Shown: positions 29,605 to 39,800 of the stretch, piece by piece | Layout of the letters: every line of letters starts with the position of its first letter | Numbering within the stretch: the stretch's first letter is position 1 | Origin: Micavibrio sp. | Lineage (GTDB): Bacteria; Pseudomonadota; Alphaproteobacteria; Micavibrionales; Micavibrionaceae | Length of the DNA stretch: 64,000 nucleotides | Assembly: GCA_002695035.1 (NCBI GenBank) | Contig: NZNU01000075.1 | Location: 20,462-84,461, forward strand | Reading direction: 5' to 3' | The notes under the pieces: generated by a model | Seen by the model: the letters and a program-made list of their open reading frames with translations, nothing else | Told to the model about the DNA's origin: nothing | Database searches by the model: none | Made by a program: the position numbers and the translations under genes

Positions 29605-31047
29605 TTAATTTTCATCTTCTGTTGGTTTAAGTCTTTGCATTTCCTTTTCAGCCGCCTCTTTTTCCTCAGGGGTTGGTTCCCTTAGAGAGTTATCATTTGC
29701 GGCTTGTGTATTTGTCTGGAAAAGATCAAGTCCACGGATAAGATCTATGGCTCTTGCAAGCTGATAATCGATCTCATCTTTTTCCTCAACCGCGGCCTCA
29801 ACTTCTTCATCTACAGGCTTGTTTTCATTGTCGCTTATAAGATTAGGATTATCAAGAGATCCTTTAAGATCCTTTTCACGTAAGCGTATTTCAGCCAGCT
29901 CTTCTATACGGGCTTGCTCCACCATAATGTCCGGCGTAATTCCGCTTGCCTGAATAGAGCGTCCGGAAGGTGTATAATAACGTGCCGTAGTCATGCGCAT
30001 GGCACCATTACCCGGCAATGGGATTACAGTCTGGACAGACCCCTTACCAAATGATTGTGTGCCAAGGACAATTGCTCTGTGCTGGTCTTGCAGCGCGCCC
30101 GCGACAATTTCCGAGGCAGAGGCAGAGCCGGCATTTATCAATACTACAATGGGCTGTCCATCAGCTAAATCTCCGGCTGTTGCATTATCCCGTTTTGAGT
30201 CATTTGTGTTGCGTCCTCTTGTCGATACGATTTCACCTTTATCAAGAAAAACATCTGCAACGCCGATGGCTTGATCCAGAAGACCTCCGGGGTTATTTCT
30301 CAGATCCAGAATGTAACCGGAAACATCCCCATCAACATCGTCTTTAATCTGCTCAATCGCGTCAATAACGCCATCGGTAGTGTTCTGATTAAAAGTTGTC
30401 ACACGTATATATCCGACATCTTCCTGCTCAATACGGTGGCGTACTGACTGTATGCGTATAACGTCTCTCTCAATTGATATCTCAAGCGGATCCGGCACGC
30501 CCTCTCTTACAACTGTCAACTTGATATCCGTACCGACCTTGCCACGCATAAGGTCAACTGCTTCACCAAGAGTAAGCCCCATAACTGGCTGGTCATCAAG
30601 CATAGTAATCATATCGCCAGCCTGAATTCCAGCTTTATAAGCAGGGGTATCATCTATAGGTGATACGACTTTAACCAGTCCGTTTTCCATAGTAACTTCT
30701 ATTCCAAGCCCGCCAAACTCGCCCGATGTCTGAACACGCATGTCCGTAAAATCATCTTCATCAAGATAGGATGAATGCGGATCAAGGCTTGATAGCATAC
30801 CGTTCAGGGCATGCTTTATAAGTGTTTTATCTTCCACTTCATCAACATATTGCGCTCTAGTACGTTCAAAAACCTCTCCGAAAAGATCGAGCTGTCTATA
30901 TGTCTCTGCGCTATCACGTCCCAAGGTGTCCGGGTTTGTCCCATTTATTCTGTCTTCCTGTGCGAAGGCGGTGTGCGAAGAAGCCCCGAAAAGAATAGCC
31001 GCACCTGTGAGGAGTGTAAGAAGAGTTTTTTGGGGAAGAGGGGACAT
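29605..31047 (-). CDS. ctpA: Carboxy-terminal processing protease (S41)
   Basis: PDZ segment (GGLGIEV...PAYKAGIQAGD) and S41 core LDLRNNPGG...GSASASEIVAGALQD...GKGSVQ. Confidence 0.9.
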   Translation of the reverse strand: MSPLPQKTLLTLLTGAAILFGASSHTAFAQEDRINGTNPDTLGRDSAETYRQLDLFGEVFERTRAQYVDEVEDKTLIKHALNGMLSSLDPHSSYLDEDDFTDMRVQTSGEFGGLGIEVTMENGLVKVVSPIDDTPAYKAGIQAGDMITMLDDQPVMGLTLGEAVDLMRGKVGTDIKLTVVREGVPDPLEISIERDVIRIQSVRHRIEQEDVGYIRVTTFNQNTTDGVIDAIEQIKDDVDGDVSGYILDLRNNPGGLLDQAIGVADVFLDKGEIVSTRGRNTNDSKRDNATAGDLADGQPIVVLINAGSASASEIVAGALQDQHRAIVLGTQSFGKGSVQTVIPLPGNGAMRMTTARYYTPSGRSIQASGITPDIMVEQARIEELAEIRLREKDLKGSLDNPNLISDNENKPVDEEVEAAVEEKDEIDYQLARAIDLIRGLDLFQTNTQAANDNSLREPTPEEKEAAEKEMQRLKPTEDEN

Positions 31048-31075
31048 TATGCGTAAGCTCCGTTGCTTTGGTCAA

Positions 31076-32302
31076 TTAAAGGTTTTTCAAGTTTTTTATC
31101 GGGTCAACCGGACGACCGTTTTTTCTCAGCTCGTAATATACGAAAGATTCGTTATTATCGCCACCTTGACCTGACTGTCCGAGCGGCTCGCCCACAGATA
31201 AATTTTGCCCTACGACTGTATCAATTTTTGTAAGACCTGCAATAAGGCTATAATAATTTTTTTCGTGCTCAACAATAACCATTTGGCCATAATTTTTAAA
31301 TTCTCCGGCATATTTTACTGTGCCCGATGACGGCGTAACAATGATGGCATTTTGACGTGCAGCTATGTAAACGCCCTGACTTTTTGCACCAATATGGTCT
31401 GTTTCACCATATCCGACCGTAATGAGACCCTGCGCAGGCAACAGAAGTCCAGAAGGTGCTTCCTTGGCCTTTGATCTGTCGTAATTTGTCTTGGCCGCCA
31501 GGTTTTGCAATGCTCTGTTCTCAGGCTCGGGCTTTTCGTCCCGGTCGGCAATGCTCTCAGCACTTAGCTCCCTGTTTTTAGCCGCCAGATTTTGAACAAG
31601 CTCCTTCAGGTTGCTGGCTGCCGCTGCAGCTCTTTCTGACTCCTCCTTGGCTTGCTGGTAGTTGTTCGAAGTCTTTTGATACTCGCTATTGCGCCGTGCA
31701 AGGGTGTTTTCTAGTATCCGGCGCGCCTTTGATAAATCCTTTAGGTGATTGGCGCGTTCAGCTTTTAAGTTGCTTTTCTGCCTCTTTAAAACCTTGAGCT
31801 CGTTCATTTGAGCCTGTAATTTTTCAAGCCTTGCCGATAACTCGGGTGCCATGGCCTTCAAGGTTGTAATTGAGATTGCCGTGCTTTCCGCTGAGTCAGG
31901 ATTTAAAAACATCGATTCACTTGGAAGCGACTTCATTTTATAGAGGCTGACAATGATTGAGGATAACTCTTCCCGATTATCCTCCATAAGCTTTATAGTT
32001 TCATCCTGTTGCTCATCAATATCAATAATATCTTGGTTTAGGGTTTGTACCTCCGCTTCCAAACGCTGGACTTCCCTCGCTTTTAAGCCGGATTCAGATT
32101 GAATATTTCCCATGTCGCGCTCGATAGTCTCCAGCTTTTGCGACAATTCCTTTAAGCTTGCTGATTCTGCCGTCGCAGACTGCCCCTGCAGGATATCTTT
32201 TTTTGATAGCGGTAACGGCGCACTGTTTTCCTGAGCGCAAGCACTCCATCCAAAGCTTAAAAAGCAAAAATAACAGAAAGCACTTATGCCGTATCGAAGC
32301 AT
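31076..32302 (-). CDS. envC: EnvC-like murein hydrolase activator (coiled coil plus degenerate LytM/M23 domain)
   Basis: Long coiled coil. The C-terminal LytM domain reads FVYYELRKNGRPVDP where active M23 enzymes have HLHFE, as in E. coli EnvC. Confidence 0.8.
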   Translation of the reverse strand: MLRYGISAFCYFCFLSFGWSACAQENSAPLPLSKKDILQGQSATAESASLKELSQKLETIERDMGNIQSESGLKAREVQRLEAEVQTLNQDIIDIDEQQDETIKLMEDNREELSSIIVSLYKMKSLPSESMFLNPDSAESTAISITTLKAMAPELSARLEKLQAQMNELKVLKRQKSNLKAERANHLKDLSKARRILENTLARRNSEYQKTSNNYQQAKEESERAAAAASNLKELVQNLAAKNRELSAESIADRDEKPEPENRALQNLAAKTNYDRSKAKEAPSGLLLPAQGLITVGYGETDHIGAKSQGVYIAARQNAIIVTPSSGTVKYAGEFKNYGQMVIVEHEKNYYSLIAGLTKIDTVVGQNLSVGEPLGQSGQGGDNNESFVYYELRKNGRPVDPIKNLKNL

Positions 32303-32308
32303 ATACAG

Positions 32309-32773
32309 TTAATCCTTATGGTAGGGATGGTTCACGTTTATAGAATAAATCCTGTATAATTGCTCTGCAAGCATTACCCTGACAAGTTTGTGAGGCCAGG
32401 TCATTTTTCCAAAACTGATTAAAAGATCACATTGCTGCTTAACCTCATCAGATAAGCCGCTGGATCCCCCAATTAAAAATATTATGTGGTCATGTCCCGA
32501 CATATTTATATGATTAAACTTCTCAGCCATTTGACGGCTGCTAAAAGACTTTCCCTTTTCATCAAGGGCAATCACATATCCGCTCACACGAGAGAGCTCT
32601 TCCTTCAGGCGCTTGTTTTCAAGTGAGTTTTTCTGGGCCTCGTCAGACCCCTTAATATCTATTTCAAGCAATGAGACAGAATAAGGCAGACGTTCGATAT
32701 AATTCTTATACAAATCCAGTTCGGCACCGGATTTTATCTTTCCTGAAACTATAAGGGTGACTCTCATGCGCAC
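32309..32773 (-). CDS. rlmH: 23S rRNA (pseudouridine1915-N3)-methyltransferase RlmH
   Basis: SPOUT protein of ~155 aa with FLIGGSSGLS...SFGKMTWPH. Confidence 0.9.
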   Translation of the reverse strand: MRMRVTLIVSGKIKSGAELDLYKNYIERLPYSVSLLEIDIKGSDEAQKNSLENKRLKEELSRVSGYVIALDEKGKSFSSRQMAEKFNHINMSGHDHIIFLIGGSSGLSDEVKQQCDLLISFGKMTWPHKLVRVMLAEQLYRIYSINVNHPYHKD

Positions 32774-32841
32774 ACAGTACTATGCGCACAAGTAAAAAGC
32801 CAAGTTTCTTATTAAGATTTTTACGAAACCGTAAGATTAGG

Positions 32842-33225
32842 TCAAGGGGTTACTGTCTGCTGTGAAGAGGCCGACATTTGGGCAAAATCACCCCACATTT
32901 TCTCAATATTATAAAATTCTCTAACTTCAGGTTTAAACAAATGCACTATGACATCTCCTGCGTCCAATACGACCCAATCACCGGTCTGAAAACCTTCTTT
33001 ACGTACGCTTTTGATGCCTTCCGCATTTATTTTCTCTATAAGCTTGTCAGCCAGAGCCACGACCTGACGGCTGGATCGACCAGAAGCAATAACCATAAAG
33101 TCAGCTATATAATCATTTTCTTTCAAGTCCAGAACTTCAATATTTTCAGCCTTATTGTCATCCAATGTGGTAACGATAAGGTCTTTCAAAGTCGTGGCAG
33201 CTTTCAACAAGTCGGTTTTGCTCAT
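32842..33225 (-). CDS. rsfS: Ribosome silencing factor RsfS
   Basis: DDNKAENIEVLDL...DFMVIASGRSSRQV...WVVLDAGDVIVHLF. Confidence 0.9.
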   Translation of the reverse strand: MSKTDLLKAATTLKDLIVTTLDDNKAENIEVLDLKENDYIADFMVIASGRSSRQVVALADKLIEKINAEGIKSVRKEGFQTGDWVVLDAGDVIVHLFKPEVREFYNIEKMWGDFAQMSASSQQTVTP

Positions 33226-33256
33226 GTGGTATTACTTATCTCCTGTGAGTATTAAA

Positions 33257-33282
33257 CAAAAAAACCCGCCATACAAGGCAGG
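33257..33282 (-). terminator. Putative intrinsic terminator/attenuator between nadD and rsfS
   Basis: Minus strand: CCUGCC-UUGUAU-GGCGGG followed by UUUUUUUG, about 30 nt upstream of the rsfS SD (AGGAGA). Confidence 0.45.
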
Positions 33283-33416
33283 CAATCTTCCTTTGATAGT
33301 GGAAAATGGTGATGTTGCTCGGACGGTAAAACAAAGAAAACTCATGCAGTTAAAAAAAGCTGATCTCTTTTCCCTGTTCGGCCATCAAATTAATAAGCTT
33401 AATGCTTCTCATGGCT

Positions 33417-34070
33417 TTATTTTATACCTTTGTTTGAATGAAAATCAAGCTTTCTTATCTCGGTTGAGGAAAGCAAGTTCACCTGCACCTGTTTGATCCA
33501 ATAGATATGACCCGAAGATAAATCAACTCTCTTGGGGGCTTTCAGATGCTCTTGATGTATAACTTGGCACGAAAAATTGTCAAAGACTGTCTTTTTAGAC
33601 AGCAAACTCCAAGGTTGGCGGGCGACAAAGCAAATGGATGTTTGTTTTAATATATCTCTCCACCTGAGCCAGTCAGGCATTTGGTGTGCTATATCCATTC
33701 CTGCCAACCAGACAAACTGCCCCTGAGGCAGGTTTTTCTTAAAATAACGAAGCGTATCTATCGTCCTTGAAAAGCCTTGCTGACCTTCAACATCCAGAAC
33801 CGTGACTTTCTTTCTATTTGAAGCAAATTTCATGCAGTTTTCCAACCTGTCTGCATAAGCATTTTGATTGGATCTTTTTTTAAAAGGATTGGCGGGAGTC
33901 ACCAACCACCAGATTTCATCAAGCTCAAGCTTTAGGAGGGCCGTTTCTGATAAATGGATGTGGCCTTCATGGGGAGGATCAAAAGACCCTCCTAACAAAC
34001 CTATACGTTTTTTTAAACGAAGTCTTTTTTTGAGCTCTTCAAGGGTCGGGGGGATATCGTTGTGTTCCAA
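33417..34070 (-). CDS. nadD: Nicotinate-nucleotide adenylyltransferase
   Basis: GLLGGSFDPPHEGH motif and ISSTEIR-type C-terminal motif (LSSTEIRK). Confidence 0.85.
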   Translation of the reverse strand: MEHNDIPPTLEELKKRLRLKKRIGLLGGSFDPPHEGHIHLSETALLKLELDEIWWLVTPANPFKKRSNQNAYADRLENCMKFASNRKKVTVLDVEGQQGFSRTIDTLRYFKKNLPQGQFVWLAGMDIAHQMPDWLRWRDILKQTSICFVARQPWSLLSKKTVFDNFSCQVIHQEHLKAPKRVDLSSGHIYWIKQVQVNLLSSTEIRKLDFHSNKGIK

Positions 34071-34098
34071 AAGGAACTACTCCTGAATAAAGAAAAAA

Positions 34099-34605
34099 CT
34101 AGTTAACCTTGCTCTCATCCAGTTTTTCCGGAATTGACGACACAGTTTCGGAAACCAGGGCAGCATGTGCTTTTTCATCAATGCGTGATGCAAGAATGTC
34201 CTGTGTTGCCTTTATGGCCATATCTACGGCTTGTGCTTTAACTTCACGAACAGCGTCCTCTTCCATACGCTTTAATCTTTGCTTCAACCATGCTTCACGA
34301 CGCTCAAGTGTCTCTTCCAAATCTTTTTCAGCATGTTTGGCAATTTGGGCCGCATGAGTTTCTGCGGTCTTTAAAATTCTTTTTGCTTCGCTCTCAGCTT
34401 CACGCTGTTTCCGCTGATATTGCGCCAACAACTCCTGTGCCTCAACACGAAGGCTTTCGGCTGTCTCAATGTCATTCTTGATCTTGTCTATTTTACTATC
34501 CAAAGCGTCAAGAACGCTTTTTTTGCCAAGTCGATAAGCAACTACGACAAATACAGCAAAAGATAATAAAACCCAGACAGAGGTACTTTGAAATAATTCA
34601 ATCAT
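34099..34605 (-). CDS. atpF: F0F1 ATP synthase subunit b
   Basis: Single N-terminal TM helix plus a long charged helix. It is the last gene of the F0 cluster. Confidence 0.85.
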   Translation of the reverse strand: MIELFQSTSVWVLLSFAVFVVVAYRLGKKSVLDALDSKIDKIKNDIETAESLRVEAQELLAQYQRKQREAESEAKRILKTAETHAAQIAKHAEKDLEETLERREAWLKQRLKRMEEDAVREVKAQAVDMAIKATQDILASRIDEKAHAALVSETVSSIPEKLDESKVN

Positions 34606-34608
34606 AAA

Positions 34609-35232
34609 TTAAGCTGCCTTCTTATCCGCAATTTCGCCGCTAACATTGTTTACGACTTTTTTGATCTCAGCTTCTTTTACATCAAGATTAGAAAGTTTCT
34701 TCACAACATCACCCGTAATTTGCGTAACTATTGATTCGATATCTTTCATTGCTTCTGATTTTGCTTTGCTTAAGCTTTTCTCAAGCTTTTCCATTTCTTT
34801 CTCGGAACGCTCTCTAAAAGCAGCTGCCTGCGCAAGAGATTTTTCCTTAATTTCATTCTCAACACTTAAAGCCTGATCCGTTGCCTGTTGACGTGTAGCA
34901 GCAAGGTGAGATTCGTAATCAGCTTGCACTTTTTGCGCCTCTGAAGACATACGCTCAGCTTCTTCCATGTCACTTTCAACCTGATTGCGACGATTTTCAA
35001 TCGTGGAAGACAAAGCAGGCAAAGTTTTACGTGAGAAAAACACATAAAGAATTGCATACATAATTGCCAACCAGAAAATCTGGCTTGGAAACCATGTGAC
35101 ATCAAATTGAGGAAGCCCCCCTGATCCATGCTCAGCCGCATGTTCCGCTGCCTCAGGTGCGGCGAGCGCAAATGATGCTGGCAACAGAGAAACAAGTCCG
35201 GCCGTCAGAATAAGGTGAGGGGCTTTCAACAT
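34609..35232 (-). CDS. atpF2: F0F1 ATP synthase subunit b'
   Basis: Second b-type subunit (LPQFD...FPSQIFWL motif), characteristic of the alphaproteobacterial F0 operon. Confidence 0.8.
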   Translation of the reverse strand: MLKAPHLILTAGLVSLLPASFALAAPEAAEHAAEHGSGGLPQFDVTWFPSQIFWLAIMYAILYVFFSRKTLPALSSTIENRRNQVESDMEEAERMSSEAQKVQADYESHLAATRQQATDQALSVENEIKEKSLAQAAAFRERSEKEMEKLEKSLSKAKSEAMKDIESIVTQITGDVVKKLSNLDVKEAEIKKVVNNVSGEIADKKAA

Positions 35233-35262
35233 TGCTTAAAGTCCTTAAAACTTGGGTTCGGA

Positions 35263-35487
35263 TTAACCGAAAACAAGAACAAGTGAAATAACAAGTGCGA
35301 AAATCGCAAGAGCTTCTGTCAGTGCAAAAGTCAGGAAGAATTTCTTATCAAGAAGCTCGGCAGCACCAGGGTTACGGCCAACAGCTTCGTTATATGAGGC
35401 AAAAATCATACCTAGACCAAGACCAACACCTAGCAGAGGCAAAAGGGCGATTGCACCGGCCAAAAGTTTTACAGCTTCTAATTCCAT
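35263..35487 (-). CDS. atpE: F0F1 ATP synthase subunit c
   Basis: 74-aa hairpin with GRNP loop and FALTEALAIF carboxylate helix. Confidence 0.95.
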   Translation of the reverse strand: MELEAVKLLAGAIALLPLLGVGLGLGMIFASYNEAVGRNPGAAELLDKKFFLTFALTEALAIFALVISLVLVFG

Positions 35488-35618
35488 TTTTTATCCTTCC
35501 TTAGATCAGCTTTAGTTTAAAGTTTTAGTTCAGTTTAACAGTTAAAATCGGTTTATACGTCTGGGGCGGAGTGTACACATTTTGCTTATGATTGCAACAC
35601 TTCTCATACCAGATTTTT

Positions 35619-36365
35619 CTAATGTTCAAGTTCCAGAGCATCTTTCAGGTAAATACAGCTTAATACAGCAAACACATAGGCCTGAAGATAGGCTATCAAC
35701 AATTCAAATCCAATAAGGATAGAATTGAACAACATCGGAACAAGTCCCGCAATCCAGCCTGCTGTGCCAAGAGCAAGTGCACTAACGCTAAAGGCCGCAA
35801 AAACCTTTAGCACAATGTGACCTGCCATCATATTAGCAAACAAACGAACAGATAGCGTTACAGGGCGCACAAAGAAGGACACAAGTTCAAGCGTGAATAT
35901 AAGGGGCAAAAGCCACATGGGTGTCGACGGAGGAACAAACAACGTGAAAAAATGAAGCCCGTGTTTAATCAGTCCCAACACAATCACCATTGCAAATATC
36001 ATTAAGGCAAGAGCCACAGTTACAATAATATGTGACGTATAAGTAAAGGAGAAAGGTAACAGCCCGAGAGAATTACCCATCATCACAACAACAAAGAGCG
36101 TGAAAATGAGCGGAAAAAACTTACGGCCCTTTGGTCCCATATTTTCCCGTATCATAGAGGCTATAAAATCATAAAGCATCTCAGAAGCCATCTGCAAGCG
36201 CCCCGGGATAAGTGCATGTGGTCTTACCGCAATCGTCAACATCACTATTGAAACAACAACACCAATCGTCATCCAGAGGGATGAATTGGTATAGGACACA
36301 TCGATATTACCGATATGAAGCGGCACGATGGGTTGAATTTCAAACTGTTTCAGTGGATTTGCCAT
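35619..36365 (-). CDS. atpB: F0F1 ATP synthase subunit a
   Basis: LSVRLFANMMAGH signature. Confidence 0.95.
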   Translation of the reverse strand: MANPLKQFEIQPIVPLHIGNIDVSYTNSSLWMTIGVVVSIVMLTIAVRPHALIPGRLQMASEMLYDFIASMIRENMGPKGRKFFPLIFTLFVVVMMGNSLGLLPFSFTYTSHIIVTVALALMIFAMVIVLGLIKHGLHFFTLFVPPSTPMWLLPLIFTLELVSFFVRPVTLSVRLFANMMAGHIVLKVFAAFSVSALALGTAGWIAGLVPMLFNSILIGFELLIAYLQAYVFAVLSCIYLKDALELEH

Positions 36366-36431
36366 TTGTTATCTCCGTAAAGTTCACGCCGTTTTAACAG
36401 CTTGAGAGCCTCAAAGTAAATAGTTCCGTGT

Positions 36432-36788
36432 CTATTTACCTTCTTTTTTTCTTTTATGCAACTCTGCAAATCCTACAGAAGTGCCAATTTGTTGCGTAAT
36501 TTTGTAAATATTCAGAAAACCGCTGCAGACCCCAAGCAAAAGAAAGATAATAAAGAAGAGGGGCTTCGTTTCAAAAAAGCTGTCTATTCCCCAGCCAATA
36601 AGCCCCCCGGCGACCAGCCCTACGAGCAATTCAGTGCCGGCGCGTATGCCAAGCTGCATATTATTTATATCTTCCTGATGCTCTTCTTCACGCTTCAAGG
36701 CCTCAGCCGTGGGCTTTCCAACGCCGCTATTACGTGCCTTTGAAAGCTTATCACTTAACTCATCAAGCTCGTCTTCATTATCTTGCAT
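36432..36788 (-). CDS. atpI: AtpI/AtpZ-like ATP synthase protein I
   Basis: Small two-TM protein immediately upstream of atpB. Confidence 0.65.
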   Translation of the reverse strand: MQDNEDELDELSDKLSKARNSGVGKPTAEALKREEEHQEDINNMQLGIRAGTELLVGLVAGGLIGWGIDSFFETKPLFFIIFLLLGVCSGFLNIYKITQQIGTSVGFAELHKRKKEGK

Positions 36789-36800
36789 TGCTAAAAACCC

Positions 36801-39800
36801 CTATTCAGCTGCTTCCAAAAAATCCAGCTTCTGCTGCAGGTCAACAGATACCAGCTGGGAAATACCTCGTTCTGCCATTGTCACGCCATATAACCGGTCC
36901 ATGCGAGCCATGGTAAGCCTGTGGTGTGTAATGACGATAAAACGTGTTTCGCCTGATTCGGCCATTTGCTCGAGGAGATTGCAAACGCGGTCTACGTTTG
37001 CATCATCAAGAGGCGCATCAATTTCGTCCAGCACACAAATAGGTGACGGTGTTGTCAGGAACATTGCAAAAATAAGCGCTATCGAAGTAAGCGTTTGCTC
37101 ACCGCCTGATAGCAGGGAAAGTGACTGCAATGTCTTTCCTGGAGGCTCTGCAAAAATTTCAAGGCCAGCTTCCAGGACATCATCAGAATCCACCATTTCC
37201 AAATGCGCTTTGCCGCCATTAAACAGAGTATTGAACAGTTTCTGGAAATAACCGTTGATAACAGAGAATGCAGATTTAAGCCTTGTTCTTGCCTCATTAT
37301 TTAACTTCGTAATAGCAGTGCGTAATTCATCAATTGCTTTTGTAAGGTCGTTTCGCTCTGTCAAAATATCGCCAAGCTGTGTTTCTATCTCTTCTGCCTC
37401 TACTTGCGCGCGCAAGTTAACCGGGCCGATCGCCTCGCGGTCACGTAATAGCTGGTCACGCTTGCGCCTTAAATCATCAGGTTTTTTGTCTTTGCTAAGC
37501 GTGCCGTCTTCCGCGCGCCAGGGCGCAATCAACTCAGCATTATTAGCCATGAGGTTTTTGACATTCATGTCAAAATTTTCTTCAACTGATTGCTCCACAG
37601 CTTGCAGTTGGTTTTGCGCTGCCTCCAATGTTGCCATCGCGCGACCACGTGCTTCGCGAGCATCCTGAAATTCTGTTTCCTTTTCTTTCAACCCTGAACG
37701 GGTTTCTTCAACCTCGGCTTCTACAGCTGCCAGCTTTTCAGCGTAAGTATTTTTACGCGAATCCAGCTCGCCAATACTGCTCAATATATCTTCTTTTTCT
37801 TTGAGTATTTCAGAAGGGCGGTTTTTAAGAGATTCCAGCTTCTCTTTCGACGTTTTCTCCCTCTCCGCAAATTTTTCAAGCTGATCGCGTGCACGGATCA
37901 TTCTGTTTTTAAGGTTAATTCTCTCATCAGCAATAACGCGGAGCCTGATTTCGCGGCGCTTCCGCTCTCCTTCAATCTGCTCCAGTTCTGAACGCGCATT
38001 ATGATATGTTTCGCTGGCTTCGTTATATTGAGCGTTCAGTGTCTCTATAAGTTCATCGCTATAACTTGAAGAATTATTTTCTATTTCTGCAAAAGCAGCT
38101 TTCGCAGTATTTAATTTGTCCGTCGCATCAGATATTCTATCGGTAAATGAAGCAATGATTTCAGATTTACGTGTACGTTCTTCAATCGTTTTGCGCGCAT
38201 TTTCTTGCAATCTTTTTAAGTCACGAGTCCGTTCACGCAAATTCTCCTGCTTATCAGAGCGAAGTTGTCGTGTGACCTGTCTTTCTTTTTGCAGATTTTC
38301 CTGTCTATCAGAAAGAGTGGATACTTTGTCCTTTTGTGTCGTTAAAGCCTTTTCTTTTGCGCGCATTTCTTTCTCAAGCGTCTCAAGCCTGTTCTTCTGC
38401 TTCAACAAGGTTGATTGCGTATCGGGAGCGGCGGCGCGCACGTGATAACCATCCCACCGCCAAAAATCCCCCTCACGCGTAACCACTGACTGCCCGGCTT
38501 TAAGTTCTGAAGAAGCAGTTTCCGCTGCCGCCTTACTCTCGGCCAGGCCTGTCATCGCCAGGGCTGTTTTAAGTGCACCGGGTGCGTTAACAAATTGTGA
38601 CAAGGGGGTTAAAGACTGGGGCAAAGTTGGCATATCATCATCTTTGACAGATGCCTCACTCCAATAGCTTTTAGCCTCTGTATCAGTTGCCGCCATCAAC
38701 GCTTCGCCCAACGCTCTGGATAAAGCCAGTTCCGTTCCTGTTTGGGCTTTTATAGAATTAACGACAGGTTCAAATTCACCGTCTTGGCCTTGGGAGACAA
38801 TACTTTCAAGCGTAGAAACCTCAGAAGACAGACCTGCAAGCTCACTTTTTATCTCACTTTCGCGTTCAGTTTCTGTCCGCAATTCTTGCCGCGTGGCTTC
38901 AATTTTCGCGTTCAGCTGCTCTTCTTCTATTTCAGCTTCTTCTATCCCGACAGTTAAAGTCTCTATTTCTTTATTAAGCCCTGCCTCATCACCACTGACA
39001 TCACCATTACCACCGGAAAGCCTTTCCAATGCTTCTTCAGCATCTTTCTTTTTAGCGCTCAGCTTTTCCAGTTCCTCGGTAAGAGTGGATATTTCACGCT
39101 CAAACAAGGCTTTTTGCGCTTTTTCAGATGCCGTTGCCTGCAAGGCCTTCTTATATTCACCCTCACGTGCCTCCATAACCTCTTTCAACTTTGAAAGGTT
39201 GGTCTGCATCTCCTCTATACGCTGGCTTTCATTATCGCCTGCAAATTTTATTCTTTCCTCTTCTTTATCCAGCTTTTCAGCTAGCTTGGTATTTTCAGAG
39301 AGATTTTCACGCTCATGCCTCTGATCAGAAACAAGTGTTTCGATCTGGGTTTTTAAATCATGTATTGTTTTGGAAACCAGCTCTTCCTCATCCTCAAGCC
39401 GGCGCAAAGACAGGTTCTGCGTCTGCCATGCCGCTGCAGCCTTACTAGAATCATCTCTCAATTCAGGCAAGCGAGCGGCCTGCGTTTCTAAAGTTTTATT
39501 CAACTGCGCGATAACTGCCATTTTATCGGCAACAATTTTTTCAGTGGAAGATTGCAAAGATTTTGCTGTGTTCAATGTTTCTGCGGCCTGCAAATATTCA
39601 ATACAGGCCAATATAATTTGTATTTCAGAAATTTCGCTATTTAGCTGCTTGTATCTGGCTGCCTGTCGGGCTTGTCTTTTCAGAGAAGCCAGCTGTGACT
39701 CCAGCCCACCTATACTGTCTTGCAGTCTAACAAGATTGTTTTCTGCCGCACGCAGTTTAAGCTCTGCCTCATGCCTCCGAGCGTAAAGTCCCGAAATACC

